From positions 1-55,714 of IMG/VR virus record IMGVR_UViG_3300044451_000273: 55,714 nt of DNA, one strand, 5' to 3'. A program made the position numbers and the translations under genes. Numbering within the stretch: the first letter of the stretch is position 1; the number at the start of each line of letters is the position of its first letter. Shown piece after piece: positions 13,901 to 25,941 of this stretch. The DNA comes from a virus (lineage: Duplodnaviria; Caudoviricetes). The notes beneath the pieces are model-generated. The model searched no databases, had not been told where the DNA came from, and was given only the letters and a program-made list of their open reading frames with translations.

Positions 13901-16900
13901 TTGCAATAAGACCATTCGAGGATAGGTCGACAATATTCTACGGTAAACCCCATTGGCTATACACGTCTGGTGTTGTTCCAATTACTACTGGTTTTCCATC
14001 AGAAAAGAAAGCTGTAGAACTTGGATTAAAAACTCCATCATACAGAAGCCCCGACGCAGAATTGATGGATCTACTAAATAAGGTCAATCAATCCTCTAAT
14101 CCAGTTGCCGACTACGAGGCATTCAGAACTATACAAAGTCCACTATTAAGTTTGGAGCAGATTGCAAGAGATCAGTCTCTTGGTGCAGACATATATGCTC
14201 CAGCTGGAGTTCTCAAGGGTAAGGTAATAAATCTGACTGATCCAAAAAGATTAAAGTATTTAGATTCAGAAAACAAGAAAGTCGTATCTGAAATACCAAC
14301 GAATAGGGGTTTTGCAACGATAGGCTTCCATTTGCCAATAACAAATAAAAAAGCCACTATACAAATGGACGTAAAAGAACTGCTATCTATTCACAAAGAA
14401 ATACCTCAAATGCCGCTAAGATATTCTTTTCCATATTTTACAGATAGAGTATCTGGCGCAGTGCTACTAGATTATCCGTTTTACGCCTTATCAAACAAGA
14501 GAGACATAAAAAATGTAACCATACATAAAGGTGATAAAGAATACGAAAAGTTTCTCGAAGATGATATATATGTAACCCTTCTTGATTATGAGTCTAAATT
14601 GGTCGGAACTACTCCCTTAGTAGATATTGTTCAAGGATCGACTAACAAAAACGAATTTACAATACTTCTTTCTGCAATTTCGTTTACAAATTCCGTTGGA
14701 GCAAGTGCTGTTTTAAATCCAGAAAACGCAATATTTGAAATCTCTCAAACTATTCCAAACCCAAGTCTTAAGAATTTAGTCAGAATGCCCTTGCCCATGA
14801 TGAAAAACGAGCTTTTCAATATCAAGACTAAAGTTGAAGGATCTTGGGAATATGAGTATATTAATCAACTTAAGATTACATCAGCTAGTAATTTTAGCTA
14901 TAGAGAATGGGGTTCGCCAGAATCAGCAATAGATGAGCAGTTTTACATCGCTATGAGATGGCCTTACGATATATCTGATGGTGACAAAGATAGTGAGTTG
15001 TTTAAAAAATTTAAAGAAAAATATTTTAAAGATAGAAAAGATAACGAGTTTTACGGTAGTCCTTCTGACTATAAACAGAGAAAAGTTTTAGTTTATAGTC
15101 CAATAACAAGAACCGCTGTTGTTTGTAAGCCAGCATTTTTTATGTGGGGTAAAAATGATGAAGTAGACTCATATAGCTCTAGCGATGAAGCAGGATTTGA
15201 AATAGTTAATACTACAATACAGGCAATAGTTTCCCCCGACGCTGCATACTATTTGGGAATGATGCACCTAAGCCCGTTAGAGCAGCCGCCTAGTAGCGGT
15301 GGAAAATTCCAAGCAATTATAAATAAATTTAACAGCAGTTTAGCAGAGCAAGCAGCAACAAGTTTGGCAAAAGCTGGTTTAGCTCCAGTACCAATTCCTA
15401 GAGAATGCTATTTTACTTTTGTTGATGATGACATACCACTTGGTGTTGTTACAACACTATACAATCCAGCAAATGAATTTCAACTTACAGAAGAAGCTAA
15501 AGCGGCTTTTTCGGGAGATGGTCATTATATTGTTGGATTTGGTCGTTTTGATGCAAGTGAAACAAAAGATAAAAAACTTCTGGCACAACTTGTCGGTAAG
15601 GGTATATTTACAAAACCAGAATTTGTGAACAGTTCAACTGCAGATGGCATGGAACGAGAAATACTTAATTCAAATATAAAAAATTCACTGTACACCAATA
15701 AACGGAGCGTTCCAAGAACTGTCTCCCGTTGGTGGAGTAAATCTTCTAACAGATGGTGACTTCGCCATAGCCTCAGCAAGAGGGGCAAATGTTCTTCCAT
15801 CTGGCAAAGGAAAGGATGGCTACTTTGATTTAGTTCTTGCAGCCAAATATGATTCTTTATCCAGAAATGCGCTTTATAAAATCTTAGATAACGAATCTGC
15901 AACAACGGGGAGTAGAGATACGGCTAGCGGCAGGGTTCAATTTGCCGCAATATATGATCCACTGGATGGAACCTCCAGGGAAGCAAGATCTTTTTATGAC
16001 GAAGGATACAGCGCAACAACTCACGTTATAGCCGGAGACGGTAGAACACTAGCTGAAGCAAATGACGTTTGGGATCAGTTCAGATTTGGATATCATAATT
16101 ATGATACTGTTAAAAAAGTTTTTTTTGACGCATTTGGGCTTGATCCAGACGATGACACACCAATACCAGAATCAATAATGCAGGTTATCAGAAATCCAAA
16201 GGCTAACCCAGAAATTATAAAAAAATACTCTTCCTCTGGAAATAGCGCAGTAGATGAATTTTCTCTCCTACTAGGAAGTGATTTTATTAGTCAAAAAACT
16301 CCAACATATTCGGACTATTCGGACTATTTAGACAGGCGATATGGTGCATCTGTCAAAAAAGATGCAAATAATAAAACTATATATACCCAGCAGGTATCTG
16401 AAGCGATAGAATACGCTAGAAAAAACCTGATAGACGCTTCGCTTGATCAGGGTGGCTTGATAAATTATTTTAATACACTCATTGTATCTAAGTACAAAAT
16501 GCTTGGAAAGTTTTTTCAAAACGCAAGTAATGTTAGTTTGATTGTTGGCCAAACAGTTGGCGGAGGTTTAGTAAAAACATCTGATATTTTGAACAAGACA
16601 AAATCTAATAAATTAAGCGCAAAACAAGTATTCCTGCTTATAGTTGGACTATTTAGACAGGCAATGTGGCAGGATCCATATGCAAGAGCATGGCTGGTGC
16701 TAAAGCCATCAAGAAAAATAGGAATCGGTTTCGGCGCTATCGGAGATGAATGGGATTTTAAGGATGTAGATAAAATATTTGCGGCATTTATAGATCCGAA
16801 TCAAAACTATTCTTCTGATAAAAAGAGGTTTTTAAAACTATTAGCTGATAATAAAGGAGAGGGAAATAGTGCAAGTAATTTTATAGGCGTACTTGCCCAC

Positions 16901-19375
16901 AATGTAGATAGTTTTTGGGATGCCAACATAGGTCCACTATTTACCGCCCTAAGTGACGGACTAAGTGGTCTTATGAATATGTTCAGAATATCAATGATGC
17001 AGATGGGATATCAATTGTCTGAAGTTGACAACTTTGCAAGACAGGCGAATGTTTTAAACAAGGTTTTAAATGATTCTATTTATTATTCTATGGGCAGACC
17101 AGGATCTATTTTAAGGGCTATTGATAATCCATTTACCAGAGAATATGGTGAGCCAGTTGTTGAAGTAAGAGAACCATTCCAGAGAATGCATTATTTGAGC
17201 TCTTTCTCAACTATATTAAATAACAATATTCGAGAAACCACTACAAACGTAGCCACATTGGTCACCGCCGTTTCTGACGGAAAATATCCAGTTACAGTTT
17301 CTCTTGATAAAAGCATACCGTCCGAAAGACAGACAGAAAAAACGGTTGAAACTGGACTCTATTTTGATAATCTTTTTGGTTCTGGCATTACAGGTTTGAT
17401 ACATCCATTGGTCAACCCAATTGAATTTTCAAGAAGCGCCATAAAAACAACACAGGGCGCACCAGACGAATTGTCGGCAAGACGAGTGGCTCTTTCGCAT
17501 TTAAAAGAGTCTCTAAAGGATATATATTCAGGAGAATTAATAGTATTGGGAAGTGCAGATATAAGGCCGCACGATCTTGTGTATTTAGCTGACGTTTACG
17601 AAAGGATGTATGGAATATTTGAAGTTGAACAGGTGGTTCATCATTTTACTCCCAATATGGGATTTATTACATCGATAACCCCCAATGCTTTTGTGACAGT
17701 CAATGATCCAGCAAGATGGTTTATGTCATCGTGGATGCATTCGTGGTTTTCAATACAGAATATCAGAAACGATACAAGAATGATTATGAATTCGGTACAA
17801 GCAGGCAGCACTGGAATATTATCTAATGGAAATATATCCGTTGATGGTTTAGCGCAAACCTTAAGAGCTCAGATGTTAGGTGGAGTTCAATTTACCCATG
17901 GTTCTAGTGCTTTAAGTAAAGATATTATGGCAAATTTTACAGCAGAGGGATTATTTGATGCCAAGAGTCAGGTTGAGCAGCAGTTGAAAGCAAACGCAGA
18001 TGCAAAAGTTAGTCTAAGTGGTTTGGCCGCAATGTACGCAGTTACAACTGTCGGTTCTGCCGCTGTTGGATCTTTGATTGGTGGTCCAATTGGCGCCGGC
18101 CTTGCTGCTGGAATAGCTACAGATTTAATGTGGAAGGGCTGGAAATGGGTGAGGGATAATGTTCTTGATCAACATGGGTGTTATATTTCTTATTTAAATA
18201 GAAATGGTCAACCAATGGACGCCGGGCTTTCCATAAATCAGGGCATGGTGGTTGGCAGGTATCATACCAAAAGACTATTACCAGGAATTTTGGGAGTTCG
18301 CACAAAGGTTAGAACCATTGAAGGAAATGTGACAGTAAGATACGACGACCTGCTCAGAAATATGGGATGGAAGGAAAAACAGATAACAGATCTTACAAGA
18401 TATGTTAGCATGGAAAACGCGCTAGTAAACGCTGAAGTGTTAAAATATTCTGGAACTGGTCCTGATAAAGCTGGATTTAATCAGTTCTTTAAAGTTTTAT
18501 GTAAATTAAATAAAGTTATAGATGGAGATGAAATAGAGGTTATAGATCTTTTGAATACGCAGGCAGCGCCATTTAAGGTAAGATTAGAGGGAATTATTGC
18601 ATCAAAAATGGGAGTATTTCAAGGATTTGTAAATACTTCTACGTCTTCAAATCCAGTTCAAGGAGTTAATATTGACTCTCCTGGCGCACAAGCGGCCGCC
18701 TTTATTTACGAAAAACTTTTCCAAGTTCCATTTGTTATTAGACTTTCTCCCAATAGCGCTTCGTCTACTTCTATGTATACAGAAGATGATCTGCAGCCAG
18801 GATCAAAATTGAATAATCCACGTAGTTATCTCAAAGGTAAGTATTATGGAGATTCTGAAGCTCAAAAATCTTTAGGAACAGTATTTTATAGAATGATAGA
18901 TACCGATGTTCAAGATAACGTTAAATATGTTAGGAGATTATTTATAGAAAATATTAATGTGAACGTAAAAACTATAAAAAAGCGATTCAAAGAAGCTCTG
19001 TATTTAGATTCGGTTTTATATAACAAATTTGATGTTATTTATTCATCTATATTTAATTCTACTGTAAAAGAATACTTCGAAGTAACTGGATCATCTGATC
19101 CGCTGATAAGTATTTCAAATGAAAAAATAAAAGTATTTAATGTTTTAGTTAATTTTAAGATTATGGAAGCTCTTTATTCTAAGGCCTCAGAGTGGCCATA
19201 TGTTGGTTGGGACGAGTACTATGATGATGGTGGTGCGGCTACTTTGAATTGGGAGTTGGTTACAAATAACTTAGCGCAAGTATATACTCTAGACTTACTC
19301 AGAAGCAGGCCAGCGGAAATAGGACTAGATGAACAAATACCAAATGCAAAATATGTTGAACAAAGGTCAGATTAA
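7997..19375 (+). CDS. Giant baseplate hub-like tail protein, about 3791 aa, three +1 recoding sites, C-terminal thermonuclease-like motif
   Basis: Track ORFs 7997-8686, 8721-13049, 13060-15759 and 16178-19375 join via in-frame CGG at 8678, 13041 and 15703; the +1 frame is open from 15704 to 16177. Hub-like segments include LKPGVRVHLRVGYGS..VFNGLITEV and YSGELIVLGSADIRPHDLVYLAD..GIFEVEQVVHHF. It lies upstream of the spike and wedge genes. Confidence 0.7.
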
Positions 19376-19377
19376 AT

Positions 19378-22109
19378 ATGGATGATTTTGGACTGTCAAT
19401 AAACGATTTTGATAATTCAGGATCTTTTACTGCAAAAATAGCAGAAGGATTTAATCCTGGTGGAAGTAATAGCTTAGCGACCTCTGCCTCTAAAGAAAAA
19501 TATGTTAACCAATCTCTGACCTCTAGAGACGTAATAGATATAATGGGTGGACGGAGCGTTATCTAGAAATCCAGCCACATTGATGGATGTTAATAGTAAA
19601 TTTGTGCAATCCTCGCTGCATGGAGTATTGACAGCTGGTTCAAAGTATGAGGGATTCAAGATTCCAAATCCAGAATATCAAGGAAATAATGGTGAAGAAC
19701 AGTTTTTAAACGGCACGCCAGCATACATGAGAACAGTGTCTCAATCAATGATGGGAACGGGATTGGCACCATCAAGAACTACAAATCCACTATTGGAAAA
19801 AATGATTGGAGAAATGGCTAAGAATAAGTCAGTTTCATATGTTGGAGAATCGGATGGAGCTGTTTATAAACATAATAACATTGAATATGAATTCGTAGAG
19901 AATGTTCCGTCTTTGGGGGTTCGCCCAGTAGCAATAGTCAACGATTTGTCAGAGGATGAATCTGAAATCTATCTAGAAAGAGGTCGAGAATTAAATAAAA
20001 GAATTCCAGAACCAGCCCTAAGCGTTGGGTTTGCGTTTGATATTCCAAATCAACTAAGTTCGTACAGTTTTTCGCAAACACAATCGTATTATCCAGGAAT
20101 GTCCGAACAGGCAAAAATTACCCAGGATATGATTAGTGCACCCAGTAAAAGGGCATATGTTTGTACAGCTTTAATCGAGTGCTTATTAATGTTAACTGAT
20201 CCAACTAGAGGTGTTTCGATCAAAGGTAGATTTGGTCTTGCTAGGGCAATACTTTCCGAAGATGATGCAAGCAACAGAAATATAAATCCAACAAGCGGAA
20301 TAGATGCAAAAAACACAAATGCGATGTCTGATCATGTATTTGGAAGAGCTTTTGATATAGATGCAATAGACTCTTTTTCAAACTTTGGGAAATCAAAAGA
20401 ACACTACGCAGCCTCTTTGACCTACGTGCTAGAAAGACTCAATGCACTACCGATGCAACTGATACCAGATTTGATTATTATTAGCCCAGATGTCGCAAGA
20501 GATATTGGTGTTATGGAAGGATATGACTCAGAAAGCACTGCCCTTAAAACAATGTATCCAAATTTAAAATATGTCAACTTTGAGTCCGCACCAGAACATG
20601 ACAACAATATTCATATTAGTTTTAGCCACAATAGGGCTGGACAGTATATCGGATCTCCTGGTTGGAAAACGGTTTCTAATTCGCAATCATCAACTTCCAA
20701 TTCTGGGGTTCCCGTTAATACAGAAGAGGATACTTCTAAAGCAAAAGAAAAAGGATACACAAATTATAAATCTGGCACTTCGTCAAATCTTGAAATTAAT
20801 GAGATGTTTATACTTTTAACTAAAGAGGGACCGTTTAATGAAGAAGTAGCAGCAGTGCTATGTGCAATTGCCGCTAGAGAAAGTTCAACAAACCCTGGAT
20901 CATTTAATGGCAAGTGTAGCGAGACAGCTACAGAATGGCAGGGCGATTATTCTGTTGGAATGTTTCAGTTTAATTTAATTGGCCTAATGAACAAAGCAAG
21001 AAACTTCTCTGGAAGTGTTCCACTTTATTACGACGGCTCATCTGTGAATCCACAGATGATTTTAGCTTCTGATTTAGCATATACTCCCCGGAAAGCAGCA
21101 GGGATGGGATCCAAATGCCATTGGGAAAAAAATGATAGAGCTTCAAAATAATGGTAAGACAGATACCGATGATAGATTGTGGTATCCAATTAACCAGGTA
21201 TGGATGCTAATGAACAAATGGGGAAGATCTGACTTTAAAAATACATCTAAAATATCACAATCAAATGGATTTTATCACTGGGGTGATTATGGAGATAGAT
21301 CAGATGTTGGTTTTATCTTTCAGGTAAGATTTCAAGACGCAGTTGACGCGTATCTCAAAAGCGGAAAATCTATAGAGGATTTATTTGCCTGGGTTAGAAA
21401 TAATCTTCCTAAATTTAACCCCAAAACAAAATCATACTTAGAAGGATGGTTAAATGGAGAAGTGTATTACGATAAGCCAAGGAATGGAAACATAAAAGAC
21501 GAGACAAAAAGCAAACCCATAACCTATGGCGGAACATCCACAGAGCAGTCTCCTGGTGCACAAAATGACAATGACAATGAAAAGACCTTTACCAAAACTC
21601 AAGTTCTGGATGCAGCAAACTGGCTTAAGGCCTATAGGATACAGGAATGGTTAAGTACCTATAGGAAAGATCTTGATGGCAATTTCCAATGCGAAAGGTT
21701 CGCTAGAGTTTTATCTGCGGTAATAGGTACGTTTGGCAGGAGGGAAGACAACTTGGTAAAACAAAATTGGGTTGGTGGACAGTTTGAACAGACAGTTCCT
21801 ACGCCGAGTTTGCGACAATTTGAAACCGCATTTGCTCACTGGGAAAATGTTAGCAGCGGAGAACAAAATAAACATTGGTTTGCCGCCGATTCGGAAACAG
21901 GAAAAAATCCACCAGTTGGATACATTGTGTATTGGAGTGGCGGCGCAGATGGCGCAGGTCATAATGGAGTTTCTGTCGGCGCAGGAGAATATGTCGATCA
22001 GCACACCAGCGATAAAAGACCAAGTCCAAGAGCAATATCATTCAAAGATTTTCCAGGCAGTTCGTACAAATACCTGGGCTGTTCTAGCGTGTGGTCTGTA
22101 TCGGAATAG
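19378..22109 (+). CDS. Tail-associated multi-domain peptidoglycan hydrolase (M15-like peptidase, SLT-like transglycosylase, CHAP/NlpC-like), about 909 aa, two +1 recoding sites
   Basis: Joined via CGG at 19552 and 21089. Motifs: SDHVFGRAFD...HDNNIHISF (LAS/M15-type Zn peptidase), AIAARESS...GMFQ (SLT-like) and QCERFAR...PPVGYIVYW...GHNGVSVG (CHAP-like Cys/His pair). Confidence 0.7.
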
Positions 22110-22134
22110 TAGCCGAGATAGGGGAAACAAAAAA

Positions 22135-22498
22135 ATGAAATATTATCCAAAATTTGACCAGAGACTAAATTCTCATCTTGAGAACCAAAGAATGCAGCAG
22201 TCAAAAACACGACTTGGTACTGTTATGTCTTATGAAAAAATTACCAACACAGTTATGGTTGTTATGGATGACAAATTCGCAAACACAGCTCGGCAATATT
22301 TATAGAGCGGTTCCATGCCCATCGATACAGGGCGTACAAATGGTTGCGCCGATTGCGGGTTCTCGTTGTATAATAGGGTTTAGGGATGATTCCGAAACAC
22401 TGCCCTACGTAGTATCGTTCGTAGACGATGGGTCATCTATTGGTAAATATGGGCCATCTACATTTGTTAACACCGGAATACCAAAGTTTATGGTTTAA
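22135..22498 (+). CDS. Baseplate spike N-terminal OB-fold-like protein (gpV/gp5-like), about 120 aa, one +1 recoding site
   Basis: ATG at 22135 and CGG at 22291 join RLGTVMSYEKITNTVMV to (G)NIYRAVPCP..P..GSRCIIGF, a typical gpV-like N-domain pattern. It lies upstream of the gp25-like gene. Confidence 0.6.
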
Positions 22499-22500
22499 AT

Positions 22501-23187
22501 ATGGCTGAAAAAATTAACGCAGAAAAAAATTTTGAGTCATCTGTTGGAAACACGGCAACAGAAGTTGATGTTATAAATAGAAGAAAAACTTTCTCTTCTA
22601 GAGAAGTTGGAATTACTCATCCAGACAATCCAGGATTTTTAAGACTGACGGACTCCGGTGATATTGAGATATTTGCCGCTCCAGGGGTTGGAATTGTGAT
22701 AAACGGTTCAACAAGAACTGTTTCCATTTTTGCTGATAATATTAAATTTCATTGTAAAGATGACGGCTTAAAATGGAATTCAAAAGAGTTTAACAGTTCA
22801 GCTATAGTATTTGCTGAGCCAGCATTAATAGCATCAAATCATAAAGATTTTAATCCTGGATTTAAAAATGCAGATTATTATATTAATAATATAGTTCAAT
22901 ATGACCAGGAAGATATTCAGCAGACGGTTACTATTAATGGTGATTATGATTATGTTACAGCTACAAATGTAACGCCATGGGAAGAAAAATTATCGGCGGC
23001 TTCGTCAGCCCAAAGCCAAAGTTTTACCCAACAAGAACTAGATGAAGCCAATTCTTATTGGCATAAGAATCAGGAAGTTTTAAAATATACAATACAAGAG
23101 GCGTTAGACGGGCTTTTAAAATTAAAACAAATGGGCTATACTATGGAGCAAGCAAAAGCTAGATTATTAGAGGATAAGAATGTCTGA
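22501..23187 (+). CDS. Baseplate spike-associated protein (beta-strand repeat region)
   Basis: A 228 aa ORF with GFLRLTDSGDIEIFAAPGVGIVING-type beta repeats, located between the gpV-like and gp25-like genes. Confidence 0.5.
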   Translation: MAEKINAEKNFESSVGNTATEVDVINRRKTFSSREVGITHPDNPGFLRLTDSGDIEIFAAPGVGIVINGSTRTVSIFADNIKFHCKDDGLKWNSKEFNSSAIVFAEPALIASNHKDFNPGFKNADYYINNIVQYDQEDIQQTVTINGDYDYVTATNVTPWEEKLSAASSAQSQSFTQQELDEANSYWHKNQEVLKYTIQEALDGLLKLKQMGYTMEQAKARLLEDKNV

Positions 23188-23560
23188 TTTTTATATTGAT
23201 TTGAGTGGCGATATAGTGATTAATGGATCTGGGGATATAGCGACTGTGGATGATCGAGCCACCAAAGACATACAGCATGTTTATATAAGACTGATGACTG
23301 AACCTGGAGACTTCTACATATATCCACAACTGGGGGTTAGACTGTCCAGCCTATACGGAATGCCACAGACTAGTCAAACTGGCGATTTTGGTAAGCGATT
23401 AATAAGAGCCGCATTAGAAAGAGAAGGAGTTTTTAAAAATAGACAAATTACTATTGAGGCGGTACCTGTAAGTGCTGATTCTATACGATTCGATGTATAT
23501 TTAGTTGGCAGTGATTACCAACCCGTAGTTCTTTCTGTAATTCAGGATTTAGGAGGATAG
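23180..23560 (+). CDS. Baseplate wedge subunit, gp25/gpW-like
   Basis: 126 aa with the pattern GDIATV...IQHVYIRLMTEPGDFYIYPQLG, immediately before the J-like gene. Confidence 0.8.
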   Translation: MSDFYIDLSGDIVINGSGDIATVDDRATKDIQHVYIRLMTEPGDFYIYPQLGVRLSSLYGMPQTSQTGDFGKRLIRAALEREGVFKNRQITIEAVPVSADSIRFDVYLVGSDYQPVVLSVIQDLGG

Positions 23561-23561
23561 T

Positions 23562-24731
23562 ATGCCATTAATAAACATAAAAACAAGAGAACAAATGTTA
23601 ATGGCTACATTAGACGGACTGCAAAGAAACGTCGGTATAAGTTCTGTTTCTCCAGGCTCTGTAGCAAGAGCATTCGCTGAAGCAATACATTCTGAAATAT
23701 ACGATCTATATAATGCTCTAAAATTAAGTGTCGAGCAATCTAATTTGTCAACAGCTAGTGGAATCTATTTAGATATGATAGGCGCACTATACAATGTTCC
23801 GAGAAGATCTATATCCGCAGAGCTTACTTCGGAAAGAACAACGGCAAATATAGAATTTTTTATGAATCAAACACATAGCGCCAACGTGGTTATTCCGACT
23901 GGTACCTTAGTTTTTAATGATATTAACAATTATTCTTCTACACAGTATTCGTATGAGTTAACTGGTGATGTTATTATTGCAGTTGGAAATACCAGAGCTT
24001 ATGGGGCAGTTAAGGCAAAATTTGCCGACAACAACATCACAGCTGCAAGAAACACTCTTGTAAAGCATAATTTTATTCCGCCACCAGGAGTAGTTGTTTA
24101 CTGCAATAACCCCAAAGAGGTTTACAGCAGTTTAAACTCAGAGTCTGACGATAACTACAGAAGAAGAATTGTATCATCCGTAAGAGGTTCTAGCAGCGGG
24201 ACCGCAGAATCCATACGCTTTGCCGCTTTAGCCGTCAAGGGTGTCAAGGATGCAAAAATTAGAGAGGCGTCATTTGGTGTGGGTTCTTGTGATATTATTA
24301 TTGTACCAGAAACAAGGTCGGGTCTTTCGAGCGTAAGTGAACTTGTCATAGAGCAAGTAAGGGCAATTAAGCCAGTGGGTATTAATCTTAATATTAGAAT
24401 AGCTGAAAGAAAACCTGTTGATGTTAATATATCTTTGGTTTTACGAGAAGCTACAACAAGCGATGTCGCTAGGGCAGTCGAAAACCAAGCAAGAATATTT
24501 ATAAATAGATACATTAATAGCCTATCAATAGGCGACACACTTTCTGTAGCTGATGTTGAACGTCAGGCCAGAATAGCATCTGAAGTTGTGATTTCAGCTT
24601 CCGTTACTTCGATTAGAGTTAACAATCAAAATATATCTAATAAAGATTATAGGCTCTCTGATGATAAATCATACATGGTAGCTGGATCATTGACGGTTTA
24701 TTCTGTTATAATGGGTGACTCCAATTATTAA
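23562..24731 (+). CDS. Baseplate J/gp47-like protein
   Basis: Motifs TASGIYLDMIG..YNVPR, VIPTGT and ESDDNYRRRI...SGTAESIRFAALAVKGVKDA are typical of the baseplate J family. Confidence 0.88.
   Translation: MPLINIKTREQMLMATLDGLQRNVGISSVSPGSVARAFAEAIHSEIYDLYNALKLSVEQSNLSTASGIYLDMIGALYNVPRRSISAELTSERTTANIEFFMNQTHSANVVIPTGTLVFNDINNYSSTQYSYELTGDVIIAVGNTRAYGAVKAKFADNNITAARNTLVKHNFIPPPGVVVYCNNPKEVYSSLNSESDDNYRRRIVSSVRGSSSGTAESIRFAALAVKGVKDAKIREASFGVGSCDIIIVPETRSGLSSVSELVIEQVRAIKPVGINLNIRIAERKPVDVNISLVLREATTSDVARAVENQARIFINRYINSLSIGDTLSVADVERQARIASEVVISASVTSIRVNNQNISNKDYRLSDDKSYMVAGSLTVYSVIMGDSNY
24704..24712 (+). promoter_or_regulatory. Possible extended -10 promoter (TGTTATAAT)
   Basis: TGnTATAAT 30 nt upstream of the ATG at 24742, followed by an AAGGA RBS. 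The downstream gene is non-structural but sits within a structural module. Confidence 0.4.
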
Positions 24732-24741
24732 AGGATGATAA

Positions 24742-25932
24742 ATGTCAGAACAATCTTATGTAGTTTCTAAGAAACAAATAATAAAAGCAAAGAATATGAC
24801 CCATGCAAGGATGTTGTCTGAGGGATACAAGGATTTTCCTGGTCAAATTATTCATGAAGAAGTTGATGTTTCCGAAAATACAGATTTCACCCCTGAAGAA
24901 GATCAGGTAAATCCTCTTAGTTCCGAAATTGAAGATAAGTCCTTATTTTTGAGATCAGAAAACAGGCGTTTAGCTAAGTTGGCGGAAAAATATAAAAACG
25001 TAAGGGATGAGGCGGTTGTTTCGGTTTATCAGGCAGCTTTTGACGCTTTTTCTGGTCTTGAGCTACCAAAAATAAAGTCTCCCAATATTAAATCCAATAA
25101 ACACAATACACCAGAAACGGCGGTGGCCATTTTTTCCGATTGGCAGATGGGTAAAATAACCCCAAGTTATAATACAGAAGTCTTAGAAAAGCGTATAGAG
25201 CTTTACACAGAAAAACTATTAGAGATAACTGAGATTCAGAGACTTCATCATAATGTGGACGATCTACGTGTATGGTTATTGGGTGATATTGTAGAGGGCG
25301 AAGAAATTTTTGCTGGTCAAAGTCACCTTATTGATTCTGGACTTTACAGACAAGTTGGCGTAAATGGTCCTAGGATACTTTCAAAATTTCTACTAACAGC
25401 TTTAGAGAATTTTAAAAAAATACATGTTACTGGGATTATAGGAAATCATGGTGCCGTTGGTGGAAAGATGAAAAAGTCTCACGATCCAGAAACAAATATG
25501 GACAGACTTCTTTACAAAATACTTGAATTGATTTTTGCGAAAGAAGACAGAATAACATTTAATATTCCAGATGGAAAAGGTGAAAGAAATTGGTATGCGA
25601 CAGATGTAATAGGTGGTTATTCGAGTCTTCTCATACATGGAGATCAATTGCCATCACCGGCTCAATATTATGGTTATTATAAAAAAGTTATGGGATGGAA
25701 AGACGGAGCACTGCCAGAACAGTTTGACGATGTGTTCATGGGCCATTATCATCAGCAGTTTAAAATGACAATCGGCAGCACTATTTTAAGAGTATCTGGA
25801 TCCCCCGAAAGCAGCAATACATACGCACAAGAATATTTTTCCTCAATGAGTAGACCATGTCAACATCTTATGTTTATTCACCCTGAACACGGAGTAACCT
25901 CTGAGTATAGCGTATGGCTAGACACCGTATAG
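24742..25932 (+). CDS. Calcineurin-like metallophosphoesterase with N-terminal extension
   Basis: Motifs SDWQMG, GDIVEG, GNHG, HGD and GHYH occur in canonical order. Confidence 0.85.
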   Translation: MSEQSYVVSKKQIIKAKNMTHARMLSEGYKDFPGQIIHEEVDVSENTDFTPEEDQVNPLSSEIEDKSLFLRSENRRLAKLAEKYKNVRDEAVVSVYQAAFDAFSGLELPKIKSPNIKSNKHNTPETAVAIFSDWQMGKITPSYNTEVLEKRIELYTEKLLEITEIQRLHHNVDDLRVWLLGDIVEGEEIFAGQSHLIDSGLYRQVGVNGPRILSKFLLTALENFKKIHVTGIIGNHGAVGGKMKKSHDPETNMDRLLYKILELIFAKEDRITFNIPDGKGERNWYATDVIGGYSSLLIHGDQLPSPAQYYGYYKKVMGWKDGALPEQFDDVFMGHYHQQFKMTIGSTILRVSGSPESSNTYAQEYFSSMSRPCQHLMFIHPEHGVTSEYSVWLDTV

Positions 25933-25941
25933 GAGTGTTAA

